Virus record (IMG/VR): IMGVR_UViG_3300047160_036266
Location: 64,001-128,000 of that record
Direction: 5' to 3' (one strand)
From: a virus
Taxonomy: Duplodnaviria > Caudoviricetes
Length of the DNA: 64,000 nucleotides
Within the stretch, counting starts at the first letter, position 1; each line of letters begins with the position of its first letter. Position numbers and translations under genes: made by a program. A model generated the notes under the pieces. That model was given only the letters and a program-made list of their open reading frames with translations. It made no database searches and was not told where the DNA came from. Positions 10,231-20,175 of this stretch are shown piece by piece.

Positions 10231-11723
10231 AGCCCCTCCCCCTGTTCCTCGTGGCCTTTGAATTTGGGCTTCACGGTATCAATCGGAACGTCCTCAGCCG
10301 TTTTGCCCATCATGTCGTGGTATTTACACCGCCACTTGTGTTCTTTGATCTCGAACATATCCAATATATCGTAGTTGAACTCAACCCAGAACGGGAAACG
10401 GCTTTTGCCCCGGCGATGCTTGATGACGAAGCCCCGCCCGATGTTGGCCTTCTTCTCGTCCGTCAACTGGTTAATGCTCCAGAAGCCGTCCAGGGGCTTG
10501 TACTGGTCGAAGCTGGCCCCGATGTTGCCCTCGTCAATATATTCGGTGATCTCCAGGTCGGCGGCGGTCTTGTTCGGCTGGACGCAGGTGAAGGTGCAGT
10601 GGTTCTCCTCGACGCCGAAACCACGCAGGTCACGCAATATCTGGTAGCGGCTCTGCCAGGTCGGGATATTCGGAGCGTCCCGCATTTCGCCAATATAGTC
10701 GATAATGAGCAGGTCGGGCTTGAAGCCGTAAAGTTGAAGTTGCGAACAATACGCCCGCACCATATTCACGTCCATGCTGCCGCCAGGAAACTGGCGAAGA
10801 ATAAGACGGTTAGGGTCTTCGTAATCCTTCATCCAATCGTGGACGTGTTCAACAATATCGTCCTTGTGCTGGAAGAGGAAGTTGATGGGCTTGAGGGCGA
10901 ACTGCGCCGTGAACCGTTCGGCAATACCAACTTCGTCCATCTCCAGGGTCAGGTACAGTACCTTGTGGCCCTTGAGGACGTTTTGCACAGCAGCTTTGAC
11001 CAGCGCCAGGCTCTTGCCGACGCCGGGCATCCCGATCCAGCTATAGATTTCACCCCGCTTGGCACCACCACCGGCAATGGCAGCGTCGATGGCCGCAAAG
11101 CCCGACGTAAAACGCTCCTTCACGTCTTCGTCGGCCTTCATGCGAGCAAACACTTCCTCGATGTTGGGGAAATATTCGAGGCCAACGTCAAAAGAACGGT
11201 CCACGAGCATGGCCTCGCGCACCATGTCGTACACCTTGCTCCATGTACCCTCCTCTTCAGGAGCCTTCTTGATCTCCTCCAGGGCGTTGCCGAAGGCCAC
11301 CTTGAGGGCCTGGGCCTTGGCGAAAACGGTCAACTTGTCCAGCAATATGTCACGGGTCGCCAGCCCCGGCACGAAGAACTCGTAGACCGAGTTCAATTCG
11401 GAAATATAGTACAGCTTTACGGCGTCGTCCTTGTTGCGGACCTCGTTCTTCACTTCCTCCAGCATGATGAAGCGTTCGGGCAGCGACTTGTACTTCTGGA
11501 AGAGCTTGAAGAGGATGCGGCAGATGAGTGCATGGGCCTCGTTGGTGAAGTATTCGGGCTTTACTAGGCTCTGGCTCTGGATGAGGAAGAAGCGGTCGGT
11601 CAGTAGCATCCCAAGGAGGCGGCGCTGGAAGTTGTCGTCCCAGCTATAGCGGGGCTTCTGAAGAACGTCGGGGTCAATGAGCGAGTCGAGAATCTGTTGT
11701 TGCTTATCGTTCAGTTCCTTCAT
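10227..11723 (-). CDS. replicative DNA helicase (DnaB / T4 gp41-like)
   Basis: GMPGVGKS Walker A, YLTLEM, LLIIDY, N-terminal helical domain. Confidence 0.92.
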   Translation of the reverse strand: MKELNDKQQQILDSLIDPDVLQKPRYSWDDNFQRRLLGMLLTDRFFLIQSQSLVKPEYFTNEAHALICRILFKLFQKYKSLPERFIMLEEVKNEVRNKDDAVKLYYISELNSVYEFFVPGLATRDILLDKLTVFAKAQALKVAFGNALEEIKKAPEEEGTWSKVYDMVREAMLVDRSFDVGLEYFPNIEEVFARMKADEDVKERFTSGFAAIDAAIAGGGAKRGEIYSWIGMPGVGKSLALVKAAVQNVLKGHKVLYLTLEMDEVGIAERFTAQFALKPINFLFQHKDDIVEHVHDWMKDYEDPNRLILRQFPGGSMDVNMVRAYCSQLQLYGFKPDLLIIDYIGEMRDAPNIPTWQSRYQILRDLRGFGVEENHCTFTCVQPNKTAADLEITEYIDEGNIGASFDQYKPLDGFWSINQLTDEKKANIGRGFVIKHRRGKSRFPFWVEFNYDILDMFEIKEHKWRCKYHDMMGKTAEDVPIDTVKPKFKGHEEQGEGL

Positions 11724-12261
11724 AGGGTTGTTCCTCCTTCATAAATGGGTGCTTCAGTATAAGGCGCACGCCCACCCCATGACGAATAATTCCCCGCTTC
11801 GGTCCTTTATCCCGAATGGCCCAGCGGCGCACATCACCCATCATCAGTGGCACGATCAGCCGCAGGTTGGGCATGAGCCGCCGGTCGTTCTGCACGGTCA
11901 GCCAATCGTACCAAGCGATATGTTCGATCTCGCCGTCACGGGGCTGAAGCTTTTGGGCGTAGTAAACATCGACCTTCACGCAGTACACGGTGCAGTCATT
12001 GCAGGCGATCACGCCCATGAGTTTGGTGTCGTTGTAGGCGATGGCCGGGTCATACTCACAGATCGGCTCAAGGCCCGCCTCTTCCTTGAGTTCCCGGACG
12101 GCGGCTTCCAGTACGTTCTCGCCGGGTTCCACCTTGCCGCCCGGCAGGTTGAGGCAACCCTTTTGCCAGGCGGGCTTTTGTTTCTCGATGAGGAGGACGT
12201 TGCGCCAGTAGGGGTCGTTTATCGGGTTGGCGTACACCACGACGTATTTCGGCTTCTGCAT
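11704..12261 (-). CDS. NUDIX hydrolase
   Basis: GGKVEPGENVLEAAVRELKEEAG Nudix box. Confidence 0.9.
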   Translation of the reverse strand: MQKPKYVVVYANPINDPYWRNVLLIEKQKPAWQKGCLNLPGGKVEPGENVLEAAVRELKEEAGLEPICEYDPAIAYNDTKLMGVIACNDCTVYCVKVDVYYAQKLQPRDGEIEHIAWYDWLTVQNDRRLMPNLRLIVPLMMGDVRRWAIRDKGPKRGIIRHGVGVRLILKHPFMKEEQPYEGTER

Positions 12262-12262
12262 T

Positions 12263-12583
12263 TTATATCTCCATGTCAACCTGGGTCTTCTTGAGCTTGA
12301 ACGTCTTCACCTTCAGTTTCTTCTTCATCGGTGGTATATTTACCCACCAGCGGTCTGAAAGATGAATATAGTCTTCCCGGTCAAAACCCTCGACCGGGGG
12401 CGGAACGTGTTCGATGGGCGGGCCTTTGACGGCTCCGACGAAATAAGCGCCCTTCGGAACCACCGGGTCCACGGATGTTGACGTGCAGGCCAGGAAGCCG
12501 CCCTTCTCGTCTTGGAAGACATGGAAGCCCGTCTGGTCCGCTTCCCAATTCGACCAAAACCCGAAGTAATAGCTATCGCTCAT
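12263..12583 (-). CDS. hypothetical protein
   Basis: ORF in co-directional run. Confidence 0.6.
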   Translation of the reverse strand: MSDSYYFGFWSNWEADQTGFHVFQDEKGGFLACTSTSVDPVVPKGAYFVGAVKGPPIEHVPPPVEGFDREDYIHLSDRWWVNIPPMKKKLKVKTFKLKKTQVDMEI

Positions 12584-12602
12584 AAATCCTCCGTGAAATA
12601 AA

Positions 12603-12652
12603 GCAGCGAGGCCGTGCCCACATCCCTTTCACCCATCACACGGCCTCGCTGC
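12603..12652. terminator. 14-bp inverted repeat (terminator or regulatory hairpin)
   Basis: gcagcgaggccgtg ... cacggcctcgctgc intergenic. Confidence 0.5.
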
Positions 12653-12657
12653 ATATG

Positions 12658-13215
12658 TCAGCATGATACCAAATAGTCATACTCGGACAAAGAGACTTGC
12701 CCACTTCTTAGCGGTTTTTCGCGCGTTATACGCTTCCCCATCGACCGCTGCGCATTCCAAATTATTTGTTTACAGTAAGTACCAAACTTGGTGTCGAGCT
12801 TGAGTCGTTGACGGCGGGAAGGTCGGAGGGTCTTCGGAACGATATTCCTCATGATGAGTCTTAGCAGACGTTCTTGGTGCCGACCGAATTTCTGGCGGTT
12901 GGCCCCGTGCCTGGTCCTATTGTCCCACAAGTGTTGCAGTTCACCCAGGACGTGAACGAGGAAGGGATCAATGGCGAACTGCCTGCACACTTCCAAAGAG
13001 CGTTCGATATAAACCTGACGCTTGAAGTAGGAGCCGGCCCGGATGACCGAGAACAGTAGCTCCTGCTGGAAATCGTCTATGTCGTTCTGGTGATTGTTCT
13101 TGGTGTTCTTGCGGGAGAGTTGCCAGGCGGCGTAATAGCAAAGTTGACCAAAAGCCTTCTCCAGTTCCCTGAACTCTTCTTCAAGAATCGGGAACGTCTC
13201 CATTATTGTTTTCAT
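12658..13215 (-). CDS. sigma-70 region-2-like protein
   Basis: DIDDFQQELLFSVIRA resembles region 2.2; KFGTYCKQIIWNA resembles KFSTYATWWIRQA of region 2.3-2.4. Confidence 0.5.
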   Translation of the reverse strand: MKTIMETFPILEEEFRELEKAFGQLCYYAAWQLSRKNTKNNHQNDIDDFQQELLFSVIRAGSYFKRQVYIERSLEVCRQFAIDPFLVHVLGELQHLWDNRTRHGANRQKFGRHQERLLRLIMRNIVPKTLRPSRRQRLKLDTKFGTYCKQIIWNAQRSMGKRITREKPLRSGQVSLSEYDYLVSC

Positions 13216-14542
13216 TCTGTGCCTTTCTTCCAATCGGTTTGAGCTTGTTGAGGGAACGCCCCGCCATGCAGTTCACCTTCAGGCTCAATCCAGGGCACAG
13301 GTCGCTTTCGGCCTCCAGTATTGCCTTCGCCGTCTTGTAGACGGACTGCCAGTTGTCCTTGGTCGCCAGAACGATATAACCGTCGTGGATATGAAACGCC
13401 ACGGGTACACTCCTGTGCAGGTGAATTAGCTTGTCGAGACAAATGATAGATGCAGGTGCTTGCACCACAAAGTTGCGCACCAGATATGCCTTGTCCGGGA
13501 AATCCCGGCGTCGGCCAAAGCGGTCCTTGGCGAAGCGGGCCGACTCAACATCCTTTTGATGCTGCTCAACCCAACCCACCGCCTCCGAAAATATTTCCCC
13601 GACCCGGTTCACAATGGCCAGGGCCGTGTCGTAGGAAATATTCAATTTCTCCGAAAGGGTCTTTGCCGACTGCCCGTATATAGTCGGCAGAAAGAACTTT
13701 TTTGCTATTTCCCGGTTATCGCACTTCTTGCCGATAACCATTTCAAAAACAGCCGTATAAAAGTCCGACGCTTTCCCCAAGACCTCGCCCAGCTTTTTAT
13801 CGCCGGAGAGCCACTGAAGGACGGCCACTTCCATATTGCGGTAGTCAAAATACATGAAGACCTGACCAATCTCCGGTGGGTTGAGACTGGCCCGGTCGTC
13901 GGCGTTCAGAGCATGGGGGACGAAACCCAGGGCATAGCCCTTGTCACAGCGCAGGCGTCCGTTCTCCTGCCCGTCGATCTCGTAGTAGGCGTGGACGGCA
14001 GAACCCAGGCGGTAATCCAATATCCGCACCGTCTCCAAGGACGGAATGACGGTGGTAATGAGCGGCAGGTGGATTCGCTTGTAGATGGCCTGCATCCCTT
14101 CCCAGAGGCCACTGTTGAACACCGCCCGGACCCGGCTCAAAGCCTGCGCCAGAGACTCTGGGACGGGCTTGGAGAGGCCCAGGTAACTTTCGATGATCTT
14201 CAGGTCGATGAGCGCAGCCTCAACCTTGAAATCCTTGCTGCCGTGATAGCGCAGGTAGCTGAACAGGTTCTTGAGGTTCCAGCCAATTACCTTGCGCCCA
14301 GGCCCGAATACGGACGCCTGGAGCATGGTCCACACCACCAATACATTGTCCTTGTCAAAACCCAACCGAACCTCGGTGCCCTCCTGACCACAAATAACCA
14401 ATTCCGCCTTGCCCGCCACGGTAAAGTCAAGTACCTCCGGGTGCGTATAAACGTACACGGTCTGCCCTTTGGCGACATCGGCCAGCATCGTTGCAGCTTG
14501 CATAAACGACATGAGCAACACCCCGCAGAAGCGTTGCCCCAT
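13181..14542 (-). CDS. short, divergent family A DNA polymerase-like protein
   Basis: motif A FDYRNMEVAVL, motif B REIAKKFFLPTIYG, NFVVQAPAS, motif C IHDG; GRL motif; start may be 14512. Confidence 0.8.
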   Translation of the reverse strand: MGQRFCGVLLMSFMQAATMLADVAKGQTVYVYTHPEVLDFTVAGKAELVICGQEGTEVRLGFDKDNVLVVWTMLQASVFGPGRKVIGWNLKNLFSYLRYHGSKDFKVEAALIDLKIIESYLGLSKPVPESLAQALSRVRAVFNSGLWEGMQAIYKRIHLPLITTVIPSLETVRILDYRLGSAVHAYYEIDGQENGRLRCDKGYALGFVPHALNADDRASLNPPEIGQVFMYFDYRNMEVAVLQWLSGDKKLGEVLGKASDFYTAVFEMVIGKKCDNREIAKKFFLPTIYGQSAKTLSEKLNISYDTALAIVNRVGEIFSEAVGWVEQHQKDVESARFAKDRFGRRRDFPDKAYLVRNFVVQAPASIICLDKLIHLHRSVPVAFHIHDGYIVLATKDNWQSVYKTAKAILEAESDLCPGLSLKVNCMAGRSLNKLKPIGRKAQNENNNGDVPDS

Positions 14543-14976
14543 GTTACAGCATTATATTGCAGGCAACAACCAAAGAAAGCTTTGACACGAGAAATGTCCG
14601 GCTGTGCGCATACCACCGGCCCGGATGATGTGTAGTAGTGTGCTAAGAAAGAAGGTACTACTACCTTTAGTAGTAGGCGCAAAGCACAAAAAACACTCAT
14701 CTATTCCGCTTTGGTCATGGTTTTATAGGAACCGCTAATCTCGCTACCCATTTGTTGAGACTGCCGAAGCAGTCCATCCGGTTATGATGGGTAGGTGAAC
14801 CCGGTCCTCTAGCACTCAGGAGTCGGTGAGGCTCCCCAAGGATAAAGTGCCAGCTTAGGCGTGTTATTCCCGTGGCACCCGTGCTAATGGTTCTTAGCAG
14901 CAAATAAGCGGGAACCAATCTGAAAACCGCTTATCATCAACCCCCATTGTACCCGAAGGAAAGTGGCTGATCTAGG

Positions 14977-15330
14977 CTAGATTCCAAATAATGGCGCTGA
15001 TATAGTTGTCGAGATGAACTCCGTGATTTTGCCGAAGCACTGCCTCGCATGGTCTTCCGGCACCAGCCGGTAGTGAGTCGATTCCAGGGTCCGGCGACCA
15101 CTTAGCCAGAAGGCAACCAGGCGGTGATGGCCATTGAGAAGCTGGAATGCGCCGTCCGAACAGTGGGACAAGGCCATAGGAGGCAGGGACTCCCCACGGT
15201 TGAGAGTCTGTATCATACCAGGAATCTGCTCCTGGCGATATAGGTGTGACTGCGACAGCCAAATATCGGCAATCTGAATGCTACCGCTGAAAGTCCATCG
15301 CCGTAGGTTGCTGCGGATGACGGTTTGCAT
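14977..15330 (-). CDS. ParB N-terminal-like domain protein
   Basis: LPPMAL...FQLLNGHHRLVA. Confidence 0.6.
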   Translation of the reverse strand: MQTVIRSNLRRWTFSGSIQIADIWLSQSHLYRQEQIPGMIQTLNRGESLPPMALSHCSDGAFQLLNGHHRLVAFWLSGRRTLESTHYRLVPEDHARQCFGKITEFISTTISAPLFGI

Positions 15331-15370
15331 GACCCTATATAGACAGGGCCAGCCTGCCTATAATACCCCT

Positions 15371-16090
15371 ATGGTGGCTCATTATACAAACGTCAATTAT
15401 CAAAATATAACCATGCACTCCGGCAAGGTGATGCTGGGCTGGGATCAAGAGATTCGTAGTGTCTTCCACGAAATCGTGGACCGTGACTGCTATCGCATCA
15501 ACGGTCTGCGCGACCTGGCCACGGTGGTTGATGTTGGTGCCCACTTCGGCGTATTCAGCTACCGCATCCACGAAACCAACCCGCAAGCCAAGATTATTTC
15601 CGTGGAGTGCTACGACCGGAACGTGCAATGCCTCCACAAAAACCTGGAAGGCATTGCCGAGATCGTACCCGCCGCCCTGTGCTACGAAGGCGATCCGGTC
15701 TTCCTCGCCTGCCCCACCGTTTCGGGCGGCGGCTGGGTCACAACCAACAAGAATCCCTTCGACCGGAAGAACTATGTCGAGTCCAACCTGGCCCTTACCA
15801 AAATCACCCTCGAAGAAATAATGCAAAAATATAGCCTGGAGCGTGTCTCCCTGCTCAAGCTCGACTGCGAAGGCTGTGAATACGATTTATTTGAAAATTG
15901 CACCTGCCTCGATAAAGTCGATAGGATTGTGGGTGAGTGGCACGCCTATGACTGGCCGCATAATATTTCCTGGGGCCACGGCAGATTTCAGAACGTCGTT
16001 AGCCGGAAACTCCCTAACTGGCAAACCGATTATCGTGTCCTTGATGATCGTTTGGGTTATTTCACATTGGTTAATATGGGACAAAAATAG
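15371..16090 (+). CDS. FkbM-family methyltransferase
   Basis: VVDVGAHFGVFS, SVEC, LLKLDCEGCEY. Confidence 0.88.
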   Translation: MVAHYTNVNYQNITMHSGKVMLGWDQEIRSVFHEIVDRDCYRINGLRDLATVVDVGAHFGVFSYRIHETNPQAKIISVECYDRNVQCLHKNLEGIAEIVPAALCYEGDPVFLACPTVSGGGWVTTNKNPFDRKNYVESNLALTKITLEEIMQKYSLERVSLLKLDCEGCEYDLFENCTCLDKVDRIVGEWHAYDWPHNISWGHGRFQNVVSRKLPNWQTDYRVLDDRLGYFTLVNMGQK

Positions 16091-16149
16091 TTATAAATAC
16101 CTATACATTTCTTTCGGAAAAAGAAATATGACCTGGGGGTTTGGGTAAG

Positions 16150-16827
16150 ATGGATACTTTGGCCTTCCAAGAAGTGGCGCTATATTACGGCATGGACCCG
16201 GACCAGGCTTTAGCCTACCAATTGTGCCTGGTCTGGCTGGAAAACTCACGCAAACTCTTCCCCGATTATCAGCACTACCGGATGCCGAAGAAGGGCGACC
16301 CCCGCAAGTCGATGCTCTTCAAATACTGCTATAAGCTCGTCCGAGAAACGAAGGGCCTCATTCCCGACGACGAATACCAGATTTATATTTGGGCGCAACT
16401 CGTTATGCTGAAAGCTATTACGGACGGCAAGGAGCATCCACTGGTGGACCCGCAGATATTGGTGGGTGACAAGGCATGGGTGCGCTGGCGCATTTATAAG
16501 AAGAAATTCGACCAGAAGAAGAAGGTACTGGATGGGGATGCGGTTGTGCAGGTGAGCCAGGTGGCAGAGGCCCTGGAGCGGACCAAGGCGTTCCTGTTCA
16601 AGCACTTCCAGGGGCAGCCAACCTTCGAGGACATGCAGGAGGCGCTGGATAACAAGAACCTGCTGCGCTGGGCGGCGGACAAGCGCTTATCGCCCTATTA
16701 TCTGGCGAATAGCAAAAATATTTATAAACTGTTTCCAAACGGATTGAATATAAATCTGGACTTGGACGTGTATCGAACGCCGGAAGCGCTGGCGGCGTAT
16801 GAGGAAGTGTTCGCCTACGAGTTATAA
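16150..16827 (+). CDS. hypothetical protein
   Basis: long ORF preceded by TATAAATA-containing AT-rich spacer. Confidence 0.7.
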   Translation: MDTLAFQEVALYYGMDPDQALAYQLCLVWLENSRKLFPDYQHYRMPKKGDPRKSMLFKYCYKLVRETKGLIPDDEYQIYIWAQLVMLKAITDGKEHPLVDPQILVGDKAWVRWRIYKKKFDQKKKVLDGDAVVQVSQVAEALERTKAFLFKHFQGQPTFEDMQEALDNKNLLRWAADKRLSPYYLANSKNIYKLFPNGLNINLDLDVYRTPEALAAYEEVFAYEL

Positions 16828-17793
16828 TTCCGGCCACTCTTCCTTCTTCTTTTCCTTGACCGGACGGTTCTTCCATAGCTGCAACACTTTAGGGAGCAGG
16901 GCCATGCGGGTGTAGATGCCGTTCTTGACCTGTCGCCAGATGGCGCAGCGCTTATCTTCCTCGATCCATTCGGGAATTTCTTCGTTGCGGGGAAGGGGGT
17001 GAAGAATAACCGCCTTCTTCTTCATGGAGTGGAGCATGTTGCTTTCCACTGGCCATTTCCAGCTTTTATTTTCAAATTCTTCCTGGGCTTCGGCGGGCCA
17101 CCGCTCCTTCTGGGGGCGGATGAGGTAAAACACGTCGATCTCGTGGGCCGTTTTGAAGCGGTCCACGTCCTCGTACATCTTATTCTTGCACGACCAGTAG
17201 TGCCATTTGAACTGGTCTTCCAGCCCCAGGCCCTTGGGGTACGCAAGGTAGGCCGTGACCTCGAACTGCTGAAGCAGGTTAAGCAGGGAGTGAGCGGTAC
17301 GGCTATGGCGAAGATCGCCCAGGAACATGATGTTGAGGCCGTCGATGGTGCCCAACTCCTGCTGAATGGTAAACAGGTCAAGGAGGGCCTGCGTTGGATG
17401 CTCCCCATCGCCATTGCCGGCATTGATTAAAGGAACATCACTCACACGGGACGCTTCGACCAAAGCGTTGCGGTCGGGATGGCGAACCACGATCACGTCG
17501 GCGTACTGTCCCACGGTTTTGATGTTGTCTTGAAGGCTCTCGCCCTTGCGCAGAGACGTGGTATCGGACTCGGTGACGCTAAGAACGGAGCCGCCCAGCC
17601 GCTTCATGGCTGTCTCAAAGGATAGACGGGTGCGGGTGGAAGGTTCAAAGAACATGGCAGCCAATATGTGGTTGGGCAAGGTCTTGACCTCTTCCCATTT
17701 GCCCTCCTCGACTTGGTACTTGATCTTGGCGGCGGTGGCGAGCAGGTCCAGTACGAAGGCGCGATCCAAAAAGCGTGTCGAGATGACGTGCAT
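16822..17793 (-). CDS. pyrB: aspartate carbamoyltransferase catalytic subunit
   Basis: FFEPSTRTRLSFE, KGESLQD, NAGNGDGEHPTQALLD, GDLRHSRT, HPLPR. Confidence 0.96.
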   Translation of the reverse strand: MHVISTRFLDRAFVLDLLATAAKIKYQVEEGKWEEVKTLPNHILAAMFFEPSTRTRLSFETAMKRLGGSVLSVTESDTTSLRKGESLQDNIKTVGQYADVIVVRHPDRNALVEASRVSDVPLINAGNGDGEHPTQALLDLFTIQQELGTIDGLNIMFLGDLRHSRTAHSLLNLLQQFEVTAYLAYPKGLGLEDQFKWHYWSCKNKMYEDVDRFKTAHEIDVFYLIRPQKERWPAEAQEEFENKSWKWPVESNMLHSMKKKAVILHPLPRNEEIPEWIEEDKRCAIWRQVKNGIYTRMALLPKVLQLWKNRPVKEKKKEEWPEL

Positions 17794-17835
17794 GGCCCCT
17801 CCTGTTCGTAAAATCAGTGCATTATAACAGGTGCT

Positions 17836-18642
17836 TTAGTAGGAGGCCAAGAGTTTAACCGTGCAGTCCGTGATTTCTTCCTGGGGCTGAGTAGGCATGA
17901 ACACTTCGTCCCAGCGGGAAACCCTCGACCTCCACTCATGCTGACGGGTCCGGGAAATGATTTCGTTGCCCCAGCAATGGATGACACCAAGTTGGGGTGT
18001 AAAGACGAGGTTGATGTCGAACTGCTCGCAACGCAGTTGAGTGGGGAGTTCAACGCCGTGGCCCCGGTAGGAGTGCCAGATGATGTAGTAGGTGTCAGAC
18101 ACCTTGCGGACGCCCTCTTGAATCATAATGAGGGGATGTTCCCGCCTGGTGGCATCGGCAATACGCATGACGAGGCGCTGGAATTCGGGGAAATAGTCCT
18201 TGGGAGCTTCCAGCATCGTGGTCTGGTCGAGGGAGGTCAATTCGTTGTAGATGACATGGGCGATATTGACTTCCTTGGCCTTGGCTTCGGAAAACTCCTG
18301 ACCCGCCAGGGGGATGACCTTCTTGCATATCCACAAAGGGTTCCCCTGAATGTCGGTAACGAGCTTGCGCAAGGTAATACGCAGCGAACCTAGCGGCGAG
18401 ACTTCGGCGGTCCAAGCCCCCGGTTGTTCGCCCCATTCGACGTGATCGGTGAATGTGCGCCGGGGTTCCTTAGTTCCGACTTTGCCCAGGTGAACAAGCT
18501 CCTTGATAAGCACGTCAAAGTTGAGGGGTTTGAGGAGATTTTCCCCCTGGTCGATGGGCCGGTTGAGTTGGAGGCTGTGCCGCCTGGAGTCAAAGCCGAA
18601 TGTTTCGTCGGCGGTTTTCGTGAACCATTCCCGGAACTGCAT
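17836..18642 (-). CDS. hypothetical protein, probable virion-internal
   Basis: N-terminus MQFREWF shared with other ORFs in the window. Confidence 0.65.
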   Translation of the reverse strand: MQFREWFTKTADETFGFDSRRHSLQLNRPIDQGENLLKPLNFDVLIKELVHLGKVGTKEPRRTFTDHVEWGEQPGAWTAEVSPLGSLRITLRKLVTDIQGNPLWICKKVIPLAGQEFSEAKAKEVNIAHVIYNELTSLDQTTMLEAPKDYFPEFQRLVMRIADATRREHPLIMIQEGVRKVSDTYYIIWHSYRGHGVELPTQLRCEQFDINLVFTPQLGVIHCWGNEIISRTRQHEWRSRVSRWDEVFMPTQPQEEITDCTVKLLASY

Positions 18643-18816
18643 GTTATTTCCCATAGTCATCACCGCCCCAGCACGCCATTATGACCAATGCGGCCAGAGC
18701 CATAATCAACCCGCCGCCCAGCGAACCAACCAGGCCAAGGATGAAATCGTTATCCATATTTACCTCTCCCACTGTGAAAACGATACTGGTAAAATATATA
18801 GAAAAGGAGGTTCGCT

Positions 18817-19011
18817 ATGATGAAGTTCTTGGGCTGGGTCTTGGTGATCTTCACCCTGTTCTGCGTGTTTGGCTTTATCGTGGATTGGGTGGAACTGCAC
18901 AAGCACAATGCACCGGGCCAGGCGAATTTTTGCCTGACCGTCAACCACGGGAAGATTCACGATGACGTGACTGGCGTGGTCAACACGGTGGAGGGCTGGT
19001 TCCGCAAATGA
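18817..19011 (+). CDS. small membrane protein
   Basis: AGGAGG RBS; N-terminal TM helix. Confidence 0.6.
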   Translation: MMKFLGWVLVIFTLFCVFGFIVDWVELHKHNAPGQANFCLTVNHGKIHDDVTGVVNTVEGWFRK

Positions 19012-19331
19012 CACGATTTAGCAAGTGGTTGGAATGGCGGCTGGGCCAAGACCCCCAGCAGATGCGCCGCATTATGATGGACTACCTTGATTTGAAGCTG
19101 GACCCAAAGAAGGGTATGACCATCACGATGGACACGCTTGGCCCCCGCACCGTCCACCATATTGCCGAGAAAATAAAAGGCTGGACCATTCTGGATGATA
19201 AACAGAAGGAATCCGCCCTGAGTGTGATTTATCAACCGAACTCCACTCTGGGCGACCTGTCGGATGCCCTGGCGAGCGGCGGTCCTCGTCCGGTGCCTGG
19301 ACCAGAGCAGTCCGCTGCGGAGGGGCTGTAG
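19008..19331 (+). CDS. hypothetical protein
   Basis: ATGA overlap; N-terminus MTRFSKWLE. Confidence 0.65.
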   Translation: MTRFSKWLEWRLGQDPQQMRRIMMDYLDLKLDPKKGMTITMDTLGPRTVHHIAEKIKGWTILDDKQKESALSVIYQPNSTLGDLSDALASGGPRPVPGPEQSAAEGL

Positions 19332-19344
19332 CTAGAATAATGGT

Positions 19345-20175
19345 ATGGGACTACCACCTTTATTCACGCAGCGTATGTTGATGTGCTGGCCCAGGCACTA
19401 CAAAGTATCTTATGAAATCAACCCTTGGATGGATGCACACAGCCCCGACAAGGCCGTAAATAGGCCGTTGGCGCTGCGACAGTGGCTCAACCTGCATCAC
19501 ACCCTTATAAAGCTCGGCGTCTTTGTCGAGTATATCGAATCTTCTCCTTCTGTCCCTGACCTCGTATTCACTGCCAACGCCGGCTTGCCATACGGCAAAA
19601 AGGTAGTGCTGTCGAATTTCAAATACAAGGAACGGCAGAAGGAGAAGCGTAAATTCAAAAAATGGTTCGAGGACCACAAGCTGGATGTCCACGTTCTGCC
19701 CAGGAAACTCCACTTCGAGGGGGCCGGCGATGCGCTATTTCTGGATGACACTCTATTTTGTGGCTATGGTTTTCGCTCTGATTACCTCGCTCACGTTGGG
19801 GTGGCTGATGCGCTGGGAGTCAAGAAACTGGTTCTACTCAAGCTTATCGACCCTCGCTATTATCATCTGGATACCTGTTTTTGCCCTCTGCGTCATAACA
19901 CGGCTCTTGTGTTCCCCGACGCCTTCGACCCCGAAAGCCTCGCCGTAATGGACCTGAACCTCAACATGGTCCCGGTGCCGCCCCAGGAGGCCGAACACTT
20001 CGCCTGCAATGCCGTGGTCGTCGGCGTCAACGACGTAATTATCCCCAAAGGATGTCCCTTGACACGGGAGCGGCTTATCGGGGAAAACTTCAGAGTGTAT
20101 GAGCTTGAGATGGGCGAGTTCATCAAAGCTGGTGGTGCGTGTAAATGTTTAACCCTCAATTTGGGATCGTTATGA
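19345..20175 (+). CDS. amidinotransferase/pentein-fold hydrolase (ArgZ N-terminal / DDAH / citrullinase-like)
   Basis: DLVFTANAG, FEGAGDA, YHLDTCF, GGACKCLT catalytic motifs. Confidence 0.88.
   Translation: MGLPPLFTQRMLMCWPRHYKVSYEINPWMDAHSPDKAVNRPLALRQWLNLHHTLIKLGVFVEYIESSPSVPDLVFTANAGLPYGKKVVLSNFKYKERQKEKRKFKKWFEDHKLDVHVLPRKLHFEGAGDALFLDDTLFCGYGFRSDYLAHVGVADALGVKKLVLLKLIDPRYYHLDTCFCPLRHNTALVFPDAFDPESLAVMDLNLNMVPVPPQEAEHFACNAVVVGVNDVIIPKGCPLTRERLIGENFRVYELEMGEFIKAGGACKCLTLNLGSL

Noticed and set aside
8038-11567. Long opposite-strand ORFs (for example 8038-8931, 10251-11567, and similar ones at 46271-47533 and 49032-50249)
   Set aside because: Antisense shadows of GC-rich genuine genes, with no recognisable motifs
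14757-14776. Group I intron core (GAGACUG...CAGUCC)
   Set aside because: Forms a simple local hairpin; no P3/P4/P6 or interrupted gene found
16150-16827. T4 gp59 helicase-loader call
   Set aside because: Only size and helical composition fit; no motif I can support
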